Of a stretch of DNA of 64,000 bases, positions 37,916-53,458 are shown in pieces. Both the position numbers and the translations under genes were made by a program. The notes beneath the pieces are model-generated. The model saw nothing but the letters and a program-made list of their open reading frames with translations. It made no database searches and had not been told where the DNA came from. This stretch comes from Eledone cirrhosa (Eukaryota), in assembly GCA_964016885.1 (NCBI GenBank), contig OZ024744.1, positions 64,232,001-64,296,000 of the forward strand. The letters are read 5' to 3'. Numbering within the stretch: position 1 is the first letter of the stretch; every line of letters starts with the position of its first letter.

Positions 37916-40014
37916 GAGAAATAATAAAAATTATTATTATTTATCTTATACTTTTAAAATGTTCAGTACTTGTTTGTATTATTTCCTCAATCAAAGTCTG
38001 TTTGTTGTACAACATTAGTTGAAATTTGTTCATACTACTTCCATAATTGATATTGCTTGTAAACGTGTGATATAGCTGGCTAATATATGGCCACACATAG
38101 AGTGGATGTAGACCTAGAGATAGTTATATTTTAACTATAATCTAAGTAGCTATGAACAATAACTAAACCTAGTTAAGTTATGGCTGTACTTCTGGTGTCT
38201 TATCTCTATGTGTTTGAGATATTTCTGGTGCATGCATCTAATTTTAGCTCGTGAAATATGAGCCAGTGGTGTGGGGGAGCTTACATGTAGTCACTAAACC
38301 TGCACATTGTTACATCAAAATCTCTCGCGACAAGCTCTGTTTTCTATCTATATTTCCATTCCATGCCATACTTCACAATGGGCTGTCTTTGGATGGTTCC
38401 AGTAGAATGTTAGTTTGTTTGTTTTTTATTTTAATGAGAAAAGGTTGTAAGTCTCTCTTTCAACCTGTCTCCATTTCTGGTGAAAGAAAATACTGAGTGG
38501 TCTCCCCAAACTTTTCTCATGGTGCAATGTAGCTGATTCATAGAGAGAGAGAGAGAAAGGGGGTGGAGAATTGGTGCGGGTACATGACTAGTACTTTATT
38601 GATCCTAGAAGGATCAAAGGCAAACTACAACTAATACTACAATTCTATCTGACCCTCTCTAATACTCTGTCAATTTGCACACAAGCTTCTTAGTGTTTCA
38701 CAAAGCCAGAAGTTTTTAGGGAGGGAAAAGTTGATTAACCCTTTAGCATTTAAACTGGCCATATCCGGCAGGAATTCGCTCACCTCTTATTCAAACCAGC
38801 TATAACCAGCCACTCATACAAATGTTAAGGTATTGTTCTCAAAATATATAATATCAAAATCTCAAGGTAAAGCCTTTACCATTAAAATACAATAGTAAAT
38901 ATAGAGTAATGTAAAGGGTTAAATTACCTTGCCCCAGCACATAATGCGGTACCTTATTTTATTGATCCTGGAAGAGTGAAATGCAAAGCTGACCTTGGAA
39001 GGAGTTGAACTTGAAATGTAAAAGTACATAACTAAAAACTGCAAAGTATTTAATCCAATCTATATATAAATTTGAGTGACTTCCATCCGTCACACAATGT
39101 GTGTGTATGTGTTTGTGTGAATATATGTGTATAAAAGGAAGAAAGGGGATGGTGAAAAGACTATAACAAAACAGCGGCTGGTGTTTCATTTGCTACACTG
39201 TGTATATATGTATTTGTATGAATGTATGTCTCTAAGTATTTTTGTAAGTTTGTGTTTGTGCATTTATATGTATATACTCAGACATATAAATGTATGCACA
39301 TACACACATATACACATACATGTTAGCATGTTGAAACAAATTCTAGTGCTCTTACAATTCTGGCAATCCATTAATTACACAGTCTTTAAAATAAGGGTTT
39401 CTGATTTAGGCACAAGGCCAGCAATTTTATGAGGCAGGAAAAGTTGATTATACCAACCCAAGTTACTTGGATTGGTATAATCAGGGACAGATTAAGGACA
39501 TATGAGGCCCTGTACTTGTTAAGTTATGAGACCCCTTACTTGGGCCCTGAAGGAAGTAAAAACATTTTTTTGGCAGGAAGATGTCCTTCCCCCGGCAACA
39601 GGGCCCTGTACTTAACCCTTTAGCATTTACATTATCTATATTTACTATTGTATTTTCACAGTAAAGGCTTTATCTCACATAATATCGAATCTATGATATT
39701 TTGATATATATTTTGAGTACAGTTCCTTAACATCAGTATGAGTAACCGGTTAAAGTGGGTTTGAACAGAAAGAGGTGAAAGAATTCTGGTTGGATATGGC
39801 CGGTTTAAATGCTAAAGGGTTAAGCACACCTAAGCACAATGGTAAACCTGGCACTGCCCAAGTACTTGACTGGCACTATATTTTATCAACCCCCAAAAGG
39901 ATGAAAGGTAAATTTGAACTCAGTTTAGTAAAGAGCTGTGATTAAACACTGCAAAGTATTCTGTCTGATGCTCTTACAATTCTGCCAAGTCACTGAACTA
40001 TCTTTAAAATAATT

Positions 40015-40192
40015 GTTTCTACTTTAGGCACAAGGCCAACAATTATCCAGTGCATTACTGGTACTTTATTTTATCGACCCCGTAAGGATGAAAGGCAAAG
40101 TCAACCTCGGCGGGATTTGAACTCAGATCGTAAAGGGACGTAACTATGCTGGAAAACATGGCGTCCGACCCTCTACCGATACTGCCAATCCC
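40015..40192 (-). mobile_element. tRNA-derived SINE (subfamily with tagttacgtccc)
   Basis: Reverse complement aligns with the 46148-46329 copy. Confidence 0.85.
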
Positions 40193-41479
40193 AAATAATG
40201 ACCAGTGTTGGTGAGCTGCTATTTAGTTATTTGACTTGCTCATTGTAGCCACCAGTTATTAAAATAGGTGATTATATGAGTGAAGTATCAAATCTTAGGT
40301 CAGCATGTAAACATCATCATCATCATCATTATCATTTAATATCCATATTTCCAAGCTTACATGGGTTAGACAGGTTGTCACATTATGAGACAAGTCAGGT
40401 CCAGAGAGCACATCATGCTCATATAGATCTGTATTTTGGCTAAGTTTCTACAGCCGGATGCTTTTTTCTAACACCAACCGTGTTATAGTGTGGACTGGGT
40501 ACTTTTATTCATGGCACAAAAATGATCATCTAACAGGTGCACTGGGTGCTTTTTGTCGTGTCACCAGCATTACAACCTTACAGGGTGGACTGGGTGCTTT
40601 TTATTGTGTCACCAGCACAACCACCTTACAAGGCATTACTGGGTGCTTTTTCTCATGTTACCTTAAAAGATAGACTAGGTACTTTTGTTGTTATGGCACC
40701 GGGTGGACTTTGGGATTTTTGTCATGACAACAGCATTGTAGGAGATTCATCAAATGATGAAAACCATTCAAGGAAATTTGCTTCAGATCCAGATTTCTGT
40801 CAGACATTTCAGACATATATTCGGGTATAAGTACATGTATATTTTTATTTTCTCCTTGACATACCTGATAATAAATTTACATATTGAAATAGGATCAATG
40901 TAATTAATTTCCTTCATTTTTTGCTGAAAGTGAAAAGCTCAGTGAAGTTGTTGTGTATACCAAGTGAAATATTTCATTTAAAATTCACAGTTCAATTCAG
41001 TTTTATTTGTCAGGTCATAATCAGTGACAACACTTAGGTCTTTCTGTACTGGATAACACATTGGGTGACAAGCACTCTCCAACACACACTTGATCCACTG
41101 CTGCTCTTTTGCATCCATTTCAAGTGATGTTGACAGCAATTAGATTGTTTTGAAGTGATCTTTGCTTGTTTGTTTTTTTCCATTTGCTACCAGGAGGAAT
41201 CCAAGTCATTGTTATTGTTGAGGTGAAGCCTCCAGTCCACACTGTAAAGTGGTCGTGTAGGTGTCATGACAAAAAGCACCCAGCATACACTGTAAATGTG
41301 GCATAGAAACACATGGGAATGACAATAGACATTGAAATTTATATATATAACACATACATTTGGATCTCTGCTGACCATTATGTTCATATTAAGACAGCTC
41401 TTCCTCACTCTTCTTTACTACTTTGTCTATTGCAATCCCTGCTCTATTAATGTGTCTCCATACTGTCCATCTCCCATTG

Positions 41480-42090
41480 CATGAATGATGAGAGATGGCA
41501 TCAGATTGGATCTGTCTGTATTCAATTTACACATATCAACACCCACCATCATTGCTGTCCATTACTTTCCCTCACATTACAGCCTCATTTGGGTATGCTG
41601 TTCTCTATGCCAGCACAAGTCAGAGGGTCCCGTACAATGTGCGAACCTGAAGACACAGAGGGGGCTTGTGGAGTGGCTGTCAGATAAAAAATATCGAGAG
41701 ATTGGAGTCGGGTTGCTAACCTGGATGTCCCGAAGGTGTTCGGCAAATCTGAAGGCCAGACTTGGCCAGACTGACCAAGGTAGATAGCTCTGAACAGAGT
41801 ACAATGGAGCCCATAGACAAGGTTGGTGGAGGTGCAGCTGAAGGAGTCCCAAACCCTGGACGGAATAGGGTGTTGGTGTGGGAGATAAAGCTGCATGTAT
41901 GGCACCGGAGTCAGGGATAGGGGTGGGATCCAGGAGAAGAGTTGGGGGGCAGTAAGGGCACTGCGGACGAGGAGGTTCCGAAGATTATGAACGCACTTGA
42001 ATGAAAAGCGGGGTGGGAGTGGAAAAAAGGGTGAGGTGGAGGGATCAGACTGAAGACGGTGGAAAAGACGGAGGACCGTCTAAAGCGTGA
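41480..42090 (-). mobile_element. Penelope-like element GIY-YIG endonuclease fragment (second lineage)
   Basis: Minus-strand SFSCTSTNLVYGLHCTLFRAIYLGQSG followed by a frameshift to AFRFAEHLRDIQ...PISRYF, the GIY-YIG pattern of Penelope-like elements. Confidence 0.8.
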
Positions 42091-43629
42091 AACTAATAAG
42101 ACTTTTTGTACTTCAGATTGTTGTCTCCTTGAACTGTAATACTCTGATTTACATCATTTTAGCCTTCGTAAAATTCATCTTTATATTATTTTTCCAGAGT
42201 AACTTGCAGTTCAACGAATGTCATTATGTGTGATGTTATGTCTCTCAGCAATGTCACCTATGTCATATAATAAAATGACCTAAAATAAATATTCCCTTAA
42301 AAATATATCAAATAAATAAAATAAATAAAAATTAACAATAAAAGATAAAAGATAATTCAAAATACAATAAAAACACATTAAAAAAATTTAAATGGACATG
42401 TAGGTGTCACAAAAAAAATTCACCTAGTCCACACTGTGAAGTTGTCATGTTGGTGTCACAACAAAAAATGCCTAGTCCACACTGTAAAGTGGTCGTGCAT
42501 GGGCGACTGCTGGTCTTCCACAAACAACCTTGCGTGAACTTGTGCCTTGGAGGAAACTTTTTAGGTGTAACTCCCATGGTCATTCTGCTGCACTCTTTGT
42601 CAGGTTGTTCATGCAACATTAGAAGAAGAAGGAATCAACATCCATCAGTTTTGGAAGAACTACAATATTTACCAGGCTGTACTTAAAATTAGTGCTACAT
42701 GGTCAAAGGTTACTCAGATGGTGATGAATGAGGTGTGGTAGCATTTGTATCACCAGGTTGTTAATGATTTCAAGTGGTTTGATGTACCAGTCAAGGATCT
42801 GTCTAAAAATGTCCTTTCCCTCAGTACTGACCTGGAGATGGAATTGAAAGAGAAGGAATACAATGGCTTGATAGAGACAGACAAGTGTTTAAGTCATGAG
42901 GACTGATGGTATCTACTGAGTATTGGAAAAAAAAATAATTTCATGGGTACTTTTATTACTAAAGGCAACAAATTGCAGAGTCATTAGAACATCAGATAGA
43001 ATGCTTTGCAGTATTCGTTTCAGCTCTCTGCTCTCTGAGTTCAAATCCTGTTGATGTCAACTTTGCCTTTCATCCATTTGAGGTCAATAAAAAAAGTACC
43101 AGTTTAGTACTGGGGGGACAATTCTTCCTCTATATCTCTTTTTCACTTCCATTCTCTCAGTCTCTCTATCCGTATCTGGAAGAAATCTACTATATTCAGA
43201 TCTGGATGGGCTCTGCCAAACTTTAAAATGACCTAGAAGCACTGTATGTCAATATGGCACCCAAACGACTCCCTCAGGAGTTATGAGGCCATGTATACAT
43301 GCACTCTTATTTCTAACTACTTTAGTGTATCTTCCACAAACAAAGTATGTTTCCCCCCCTTTAATTTGCCTGTAATGTTACTGCACTTCTTATGTACCAA
43401 CAATAGTTTACATCATATACACCATATGGAATTGCTATCTATTCTATTTCTGGATATTGAACCTGACCACCTTCCAGTTAATAGTAGAGCCCTGTCACTT
43501 TTTCCTGCTAATTTAAATTTTATTCTTTCCTAGATTTAATTTGCTTAAGAACATAACATGCAACTCAGCCCAGGAATCAAACACATGACATTATGATTTC
43601 ATTTCACATTGCTCCTGTATACTCAGCTG

Positions 43630-43790
43630 AAAATAAGTACCAGCAATAGCTGGGGGTTTAACCCTGTGATGGACTGGCATCTTGTCCAGGGGGAGTCTTG
43701 TACTCTCAGTCACTTCACACCATGAAACCAGGATAAGCACAAGCCTAACAAGCCTTAAATGGCTAAAGACAGACTTTAGACTTTAGACTA
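43630..43790 (+). mobile_element. SINE 3' half with a V/Meta-SINE-like central motif (related copy at about 17160-17280)
   Basis: aaccctgtgatggactggcatcttgtccaggggg motif; (gacttta)n tail. Confidence 0.45.
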
Positions 43791-45479
43791 CATTTAATTT
43801 AAAGTCTCTTCAGTCTTATCTTTGCTTCCACATTTGGAATTTCTTTTCTAAACTTTGAAGAAAGTCAGTTTTGAGAAGCAAGTAATTGGCATACAAGGTA
43901 AATAATCCATAGTTATTCAATGGAGATCGATTATATCCATCTATATTCTGATATTATGCACAAACATTTTAGAAAACACTTACAGAGAATGGTAAATAAA
44001 CTAATGGTACTAAAGAAACAGGTCATGATAAGAATGTTCCATTAATCTTTGGAATTTGTTGCTATGAATTGTCTTGGGTAAAGGAAAGAATTTTGTTTCT
44101 GAATAAATAACATTTTTTTCTCAGAAATAAAAATAAAAAATACATAATTTGATAAAAAAAACATGTAATTAAATTAAATACCTTCAAATAATTAATTGGA
44201 TTATAAGTTTTATTATTAACTTAGCAAATATAAACATTAGAATACAGATGTGTATGTGTGTACATGCATACATGTGTGTAGGTGTTTGTGTATGTGTATC
44301 GTGTGTGTGTGTATATGTAGGGTATGTGCCATATTTAGCTTATTGATAGCAAAGAAACATAATAATGGCATACTTAAAAATAAACAGTATTTCAAATAAT
44401 CAATGTAACTGTATAAACATGAATTACCTATGTATTACTTTTGGTATAATGTTTAATCCTTTAGCATTTAAACCGGCCATATCTAGCGAGAATCCTCTCC
44501 CCTCTTTCTGTTCAAACTGGCCCCAACTAGCCACTCGTACCAACATTAAGGTATTATTCTTGAAATAAATAATATAAAAATCTCATAGATTTGATATTAT
44601 GTGAAATATTTACTGCGAAAATACATTAGTAAATATAAAGTAATGGAAATACTAAAGGGTTAATATCACTGTAGTTTCTTTATTATTCACGTAGCAGCAA
44701 GCTAATTATCCAAATCCAAATCCAAGGCCTTCTCACACCTGTTGGAGGAACCCGCCCTGGTTGACCTCCACAGCTTCCTATCTCATACCATACTTGGCCA
44801 TACGCGCCATCTTGCCTTTGGCTGCCTTCTAGTTCTCCAGGGCCTTGCTAATTATGACCCATCTTATATATCATCAGCTGCATCATCATCATCATCATTT
44901 TATGCTTGCCTTTTTATGTTTGAATATGTTGAATTAGTTTTCTCTTGCACAGCTTTCCTCTACCTGTCACATTTCTTTGTCATCTCCTCTCTGAGCTCTC
45001 ACCCCTTCTGTCTAGGTTTTCTAATGTCGTCCTTTTCTGTTGTTTCCTTCCATTTGGTACTTCACCCAAAGATCATCATCCACATGCATCACATGTCTGT
45101 ACCAGTACTATCTTCCCTCTTGCACACTACATCCAATTTCTCTTTTGCTCTGTTTTTCCTTCAAATCATCTGTGCTTCATTGTTCATTACACATCCAGCA
45201 GAATTGCTTGGAGAACTATAATAAACAGGAGTGTAATAGAACGTAACATATATATTTATACTATGGATAACAATATTTACGTAACCCATGCTAGTGTAGA
45301 AAATAGACGTTAAACGATGATGATGATGTATTAAAAAATTTGTGAGCTGGCTTGAAATGAGAAATAGTGTGTGTATTACTTCTTCAGTGATATTAGACAC
45401 AACACTCCGACCATATCGTTATATGAGGTAGGCTGAAGACAGAACCTTGATGAACGTCCACCTGCATGTTGAATTCCTC

Positions 45480-45960
45480 ACTAAATTTATAACCTACTCT
45501 CACCATACTGACAGTGCATCTCTACATTACTTGCATTGCTCTGACAAGTCATTCTTCTATACTTAGTTTGCTTAGGGACCACTAAATAATAAATTGTGGT
45601 ACTATGTTAAAGGCCTTCTCTAGATCAATGAAAGCTAGATAAAGTGGTTTACACTTAACAATGAACTTCCCTTATAGTTGTTTCACTAAAAAGAGGGCAT
45701 CTGTGGTGCTCCTCCCTGCATCTCATCTAATTTGACTATTTCCCTAATTAGCTGTGCTAAAACTCTTTCTGTCACTTTCATAACTTGATCTATCAGTTTA
45801 ATGTCTTTATAGTTGCTCCTTTTGAGAGCATCACCTTTTCTCTTATAACAATTAATGATTATACTACTATACCAGTTATTAGGTATGACTCCAGCTTATA
45901 TTACTTGATTGATTATGTAAGAGACTTGCTAGACTCCAACCCATGCATGTTCCATATCTG
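45480..45960 (-). mobile_element. Degenerate RTE RT fragment
   Basis: Homologous to the reverse complement of 1200-1660 (aactctttctgtcactttcataac, aggccttctctagatc). Confidence 0.65.
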
Positions 45961-46147
45961 CTTTCCTACAGTACTGGTGTCATATCAAAAAACACCCAGT
46001 CTACCCTGTAAAGTGGTAGTGGTGGTACTACAAGAAATGCTCCCAGTACACATTATAATGTGATTGACATTATAAAGGGCACCCAACCATGTATGACCTG
46101 GCTAGCCTCAAAACATGACAACCCATCTAACATTATTAGACTTGTGA

Positions 46148-46719
46148 ATTGGCAGTATCGGTAGAGGGTCGGATGCCATGCTTTCTAGCATAGTTACGTC
46201 CCTTTATGATCTGAGTTCAAATCCCGCCGAGGTTGACTTTGCCTTTCATCCTTACGGGGTCGATAAAATAAAGTACCAGTAATGCACTGGGTAATTGCTG
46301 GCCTTGTGCCAATAGTAGAAACAATTATTAGACTTGTGAATAGGGCGGTGGATTGGCAGTATCGGTAGAGGGGCTTTGACGCATAGAGTTACGGCCCTTT
46401 CCCTTCTGAGTTCAAATCCCACTGAGGTCAACTTTGCCTTTCATCCTTACGGGGTCGATAAAATAAAGTACCAGTAATGCACTGGGTAATTGCTGGCCTT
46501 GTACCAAAAGTAGAAACAATTATTAGACTTGGTAGATTGCCAGTATTGGTAGAGGGTCGGACACCATGCTTTGCAGCATAGAGTTACGGCCCTTTACGGT
46601 CTGAGTTCAAATCCCGTCGAGGTTAACTTTGCCTTTCATCCTTACGGGGTCGATAAAATAAAGTACCAGTAATGCACTGAGTAATTGCTGGCCTTGTACC
46701 AAAAGTAGAAACAATTATT
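46148..46719 (+). mobile_element. Three head-to-tail tRNA-derived SINE copies (46148-46329, 46344-46523, 46531-46719)
   Basis: Each copy has the gagttcaaatcc B box and ends in gtagaaacaattatt; copies are separated by agactt(g). Confidence 0.9.
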
Positions 46720-47052
46720 AGACTTAATAAAAAAGTCTGAATTATCAAGTGTGTATCTCCATCAATGTTCTCTCCCTTTCACTCACTGCCTCTGTCTCTC
46801 TCGTTCGCCCCATCTTTCACTATTATATCTCAATGAGGAACCATGTGCTGGCCGACCCCCCCTGGACCTGGCAGACAGAATAGAGAAGGTGTTTCCCCAG
46901 GGGATGGTGAGGCGGACGCATTTGAAGGGCCATTCCAGCTTGCGAGGCTCACACCTGGTGGTAGCCAATTCTGTGCCGATGGTGGGAAGCAGGGAGGTGG
47001 CCCTAGAGCCAAGGTTACCAGAAGTCATGAAAGCATGGAAAATAGATGTTAA

Positions 47053-47812
<760 letters not shown>

Positions 47813-47856
47813 TCGAAGCTTGTGTGTGCGTGGGAGGACGAAAAGTTGATTTCAAT

Positions 47857-47913
<57 letters not shown>

Positions 47914-48230
47914 TTCAATGACCAGCCAGGAGAGTAAATGAGAAACATTTAGGGAAACTTGAACAAATGCCATAGAAAATGGGGGTGGGGTGGGGTGGGG
48001 CGGGGTGGGGTGGGGAGTTTAACTAGAAACATTTTTATCGACAGTTTTGATGAAGAGTCTGCATGAAATGATAAAAATTAAGATTCATTTGGGAAAGATG
48101 AAGAGGGGGGGGGGGGTAATCAAAAGGGGGAACGCAACCAAGTAATTTGTAAAGTGTAAAAGAAGTTCTTTTATTGATTACTAATATTACATGTAGATAT
48201 GCTGGCAATGCACTAATACTACTACTTGCC

Positions 48231-50762
48231 TACATACACATGCAGGTATACATGTACATACTAGCACATGTTCATACACATGCAGGTATACATGTACATA
48301 CTAGCACATGTTCATACACATGCAGGTATACATGTACATACTAGCACATGTTCATACACATGCAGGTATACATGTACATACTAGCACATGTTCATACACA
48401 TGCAGGTATACATGTACATACTAGCACATGTTCATACATATGCAGGTATACATGTACATATTAGCACATGTTCATACACATGCAGGTATACATGTACATA
48501 CTAGCACATGTTCATACACATGCAGGTATACATGTAAATACTAGCACATGTTCATACATATGCAGGTATACATGTACATACTAGCACATGTTCATACACA
48601 TGCAGGTATACATGTAAATACTAGCACATGTTCATACACATGCAGGTATACATGTACATACTAGCACATGTTCATACACATGCAGGTATACATGTACATA
48701 CTAGCACATGTTCATACACATGCAGGTATACATGTACATACTAGCACATGTTCATACACATGCAGGTATACATGTACATACTAGCACATGTTCATACATA
48801 TGCAGGTATACATGTACATACTAGCACATGTTCATACATATGCAGGTATACATGTACATATTAGCACATGTTCATACACATGCAGGTATACATGTACATA
48901 CTAGCACATGTTCATACACATGCAGGTATACATGTACATACTAGCACATGTTCATACATATGCAGGTATACATGTACATACTAGCACATGTTCATACATA
49001 TGCAGGTATACATGTACATACTAGCACATGTTCATACACATGCAGGTATACATGTACATACTAGCACATGTTCATACACATGCAGGTATACATGTAAATA
49101 CTAGCACATGTTCATACATATGCAGGTATACATGTACATACTAGCACATGTTCATACACATGCAGGTATACATGTAAATACTAGCACATGTTCATACACA
49201 TGCAGGTATACATGTACATACTAGCACATGTTCATACACATGCAGGTATACATGTACATACTAGCACATGTTCATACACATGCAGGTATACATGTACATA
49301 CTAGCACATGTTCATACACATGCAGGTATACATGTACATACTAGCACATGTTCATACACATGCAGGTATACATGTAAATACTAGCACATGTTCATACATA
49401 TGCAGGTATACATGTACATACTAGCACATGTTCATACACATGCAGGTATACATGTAAGTACTAGCACATGTTCATACACATGCAGGTATACATGTACATA
49501 CTAGCACATGTTCATACACATGCAGGTATACATGTACATACTAGCACATGTTCATACATATGCAGGTATACATGTACATACTAGCACATGTTCATACACA
49601 TGCAGGTATACATGTACATACTAGCACATGTTCATACACATGCAGGTATACATGTACATACTAGCACATGTTCATACATATGCAGGTATACATGTAAATA
49701 CTAGCACATGTTCATACACATGCAGGTATACATGTACATACTAGCACATGTTCATACACATGCAGGTATACATGTACATACTAGCACATGTTCATACACA
49801 TGCAGGTATACATGTACATACTAGCACATGTTCATACACATGCAGGTATACATGTACATACTAGCACATGTTCATACATATGCAGGTATACATGTACATA
49901 CTAGCACATGTTCATACATATGCAGGTATACATGTACATATTAGCACATGTTCATACACATGCAGGTATACATGTACATACTAGCACATGTTCATACACA
50001 TGCAGGTATACATGTACATACTAGCACATGTTCATACATATGCAGGTATACATGTACATACTAGCACATGTTCATACACATGCAGGTATACATGTACATA
50101 CTAGCACATGTTCATACACATGCAGGTATACATGTACATACTAGCACATGTTCATACACATGCAGGTATACATGTACATACTAGCACATGTTCATACACA
50201 TGCAGGTATACATGTACATACTAGCACATGTTCATACATATGCAGGTATACATGTAAATACTAGCACATGTTCATACACATGCAGGTATACATGTACATA
50301 CTAGCACATGTTCATACACATGCAGGTATACATGTACATACTAGCACATGTTCATACACATGCAGGTATACATGTACATACTAGCACATGTTCATACACA
50401 TGCAGGTATACATGTACATACTAGCACATGTTCATACATATGCAGGTATACATGTACATACTAGCACATGTTCATACATATGCAGGTATACATGTACATA
50501 CTAGCACATGTTCATACATATGCAGGTATACATGTACATACTAGCACATGTTCATACACATGCAGGTATACATGTACATACTAGCACATGTTCATACACA
50601 TGCAGGTATACATGTACATACTAGCACATGTTCATACACATGCAGGTATACATGTACATACTAGCACATGTTCATACACATGCAGGTATACATGTACATA
50701 CTAGCACATGTTCATACACATGCAGGTATACATGCACATACTAGCACATGTTCATACACATG
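48231..50762. repeat. 40-bp minisatellite, about 63 copies (tgcaggtatacatgtacatactagcacatgttcatacaca)
   Basis: Directly visible, highly homogeneous array. Confidence 0.98.
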
Positions 50763-51240
50763 CATGCACACATATACACACACATAGACACACTGGCACA
50801 TATAAACATACAGTCAAATAAACACACACACACACGCACACACACATGTACATACTAGCCCATGTACATATACACACACACATGCACACATGTGCATATG
50901 CATGCACAATTGTACATAGTAGCACATATACATACGCATGTACACATGTACATACACATGTACATACACATGCATACTAGCACTTATTCACACTCACGCA
51001 TGCACACATATACATACTAACACATACACATACACATGCATACACACATGAACATACTACACATGTACATACACACACATGCACACATGTACGTACTAGC
51101 ACACACACATACACATACATGCACACATATACATACACACACATGCACACATGTGCGTACTAGCACATGTACATACACACACGTGCACACATTTACGTAC
51201 TAGCACATGTACATACACATGCATTCACACATATACATAC

Positions 51241-52662
51241 GTCAGGCAGTAATACAGAGTACCCGACCTCCAATGGGTACAAGCTGAAGCATATAGACAA
51301 TATGCCTCCACACCCCCCACTGCAAGGTGGTCGTGGAGGTGCCACAGCAAAAAAGCACCCAGCCCACACTGTAAAGTGGACGTGGAGGTGCCACGGCAAA
51401 AAAGCACCCAACCCACACTGTAAAGTGGACGTGGAGGTGCCACGGCAAAAAAGCACCCAGCCCACACTGTAAAGTGGACGTGTAGGTGCCACGGCAAAAA
51501 AGCACCCAGCCCACACTGTAAAGTGGACGTGTAGGTGCCACGGCAAAAAAGCACCCAGCCCACACTGTAAAGTGGACGTGTAGGTGCCACAGCAAAAAAG
51601 CACCCAGCCCACACTGTAAAGTGGACGTGTAGGTGCCACAGCAAAAAAGCACCCAGCCCACACTGTAAAGTGGACGTGTAGGTGCCACGGCAAAAAAGCA
51701 CCCAGCCCACACTGTAAAGTGGACGTGTAGGTGCCACGGCAAAAAAGCACCCAGCCCACACTGTAAAGTGGACGTGTAGGTGCCACGGCAAAAAAGCACC
51801 CAGCCCACACTGTAAAGTGGACGTGTAGGTGCCACGGCAAAAAAGCACCCAGCCCACACTGTAAAGTGGACGTGGAGGTGCCACGGCAAAAAAGCACCCA
51901 GCTCACACTGTAAAGTGGACGTGGAGGTGCCACGGCAAAAAAGCACCCAGCCCACACTGTAAAGTGGACGTGGAGGTGCAAGGGCAAAAAAGCACCCAGC
52001 TCACACTGTAAAGTGGACGTGTAGGTGCCACGGCAAAAAAGCACCCAGCCCACACTGTAAAGTGGACGTGGAGGTGCCACGGCAAAAAAGCACCCAGCCC
52101 ACACTGTAAAGTGGACGTGGAGGTGCCACGGCAAAAAAGCACCCAGCCCACACTGTAAAGTGGACGTGGAGGTGCCACGGCAAAAAAGCACCCAGCCCAC
52201 ACTGTAAAGTGGACGTGGAGGTGCCACGGCAAAAAAGCACCCAGCTCACACTGTAAAGTGGACGTGGAGGTGCCACGGCAAAAAAGCACCCAGCTCACAC
52301 TGTAAAGTGGACGTGGAGGTGCCACGGCAAAAAAGCACCCAGCCCACACTGTAAAGTGGACGTGGAGGTGCCACGGCAAAAAAGCACCCAGCCCACACTG
52401 TAAAGTGGACGTGGAGGTGCCACGGCAAAAAAGCACCCAGCCCACACTGTAAAGTGGACGTGGAGGTGCCACGAAATGGCACCCAGCACTCACTGTAAAT
52501 GAGGTTGGTGTTAGGAAGGGCATCCAGCTGTAGAAATCAAGCCAGATCAGTTCCTGTATAAGCAAGACAAGGTCAGCCGACCAGACACTGCCCACAACAG
52601 GACAACCGGTCTAACCCATGCTAGCGTGGAAGAACGGACGTAAATCGGTGATGATGCTGATG
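51241..52662 (+). mobile_element. RTE 3' end/UTR fragment carrying an expanded internal 49-bp repeat
   Basis: Both flanks align with the RTE 3' UTR at 5775-6125 (reverse complement); ends in a gatgatg tail. Confidence 0.9.
51328..52472. repeat. 49-bp minisatellite, about 23 copies (gtggacgtggaggtgccacggcaaaaaagcacccagcccacactgtaaa)
   Basis: Directly visible. Confidence 0.98.
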
Positions 52663-53224
52663 ATACACACACATGCTCACATGTACATACATGTACACAT
52701 ATACATACACATACATGCACACATATACTTACACACACATGCACACATGTGCGTACTAGCACATGCACCATGTACGTACTAGCACATGTACATACACACA
52801 CATGCACACATGTACGTACTAGCACACACACATACACATACATGCACACATATACATACACACACATGCACCATGTACGTACTAGCACATGTACATACAC
52901 ACACATGCACACATGTACGTACTAGCACACACACATACACATACATGCACACATATACATACACACACATGCACACATGTACGTACTAGCACATGCACCA
53001 TGTACGTACTAGCACATGTACATACACACACATACTTACACACACATGCACACATGTACGTACTAGCACATGCACCATGTACGTACTAGCACATGTACAT
53101 ACACACACATACTTACACACACATGCACACATGTGCGTACTAGCACATGTACATACACATACATGCACACATATACTTACCAGCACATGTACATACACAT
53201 GCATATATATACATTTATATGTTA

Positions 53225-53419
53225 TCATCGTCATCATCATCATCGCTATTACCACCACCATCACCACCACCAACACCACCATCATCATCACCATCATCAT
53301 CATCACCACCACCACCACCACCACCATCATCGTCATCATCATCATCACCACCACCACCACCATCATCATCACTATCACCACCACCACCACCACCACCACC
53401 ACCAACATCCTCCTCCCCC

Positions 53420-53458
<39 letters not shown>

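Noticed and set aside
51193-52595. 200-344 aa repetitive ORFs
   Set aside because: Artefacts of the 49-bp tandem repeat inside an RTE 3' UTR.
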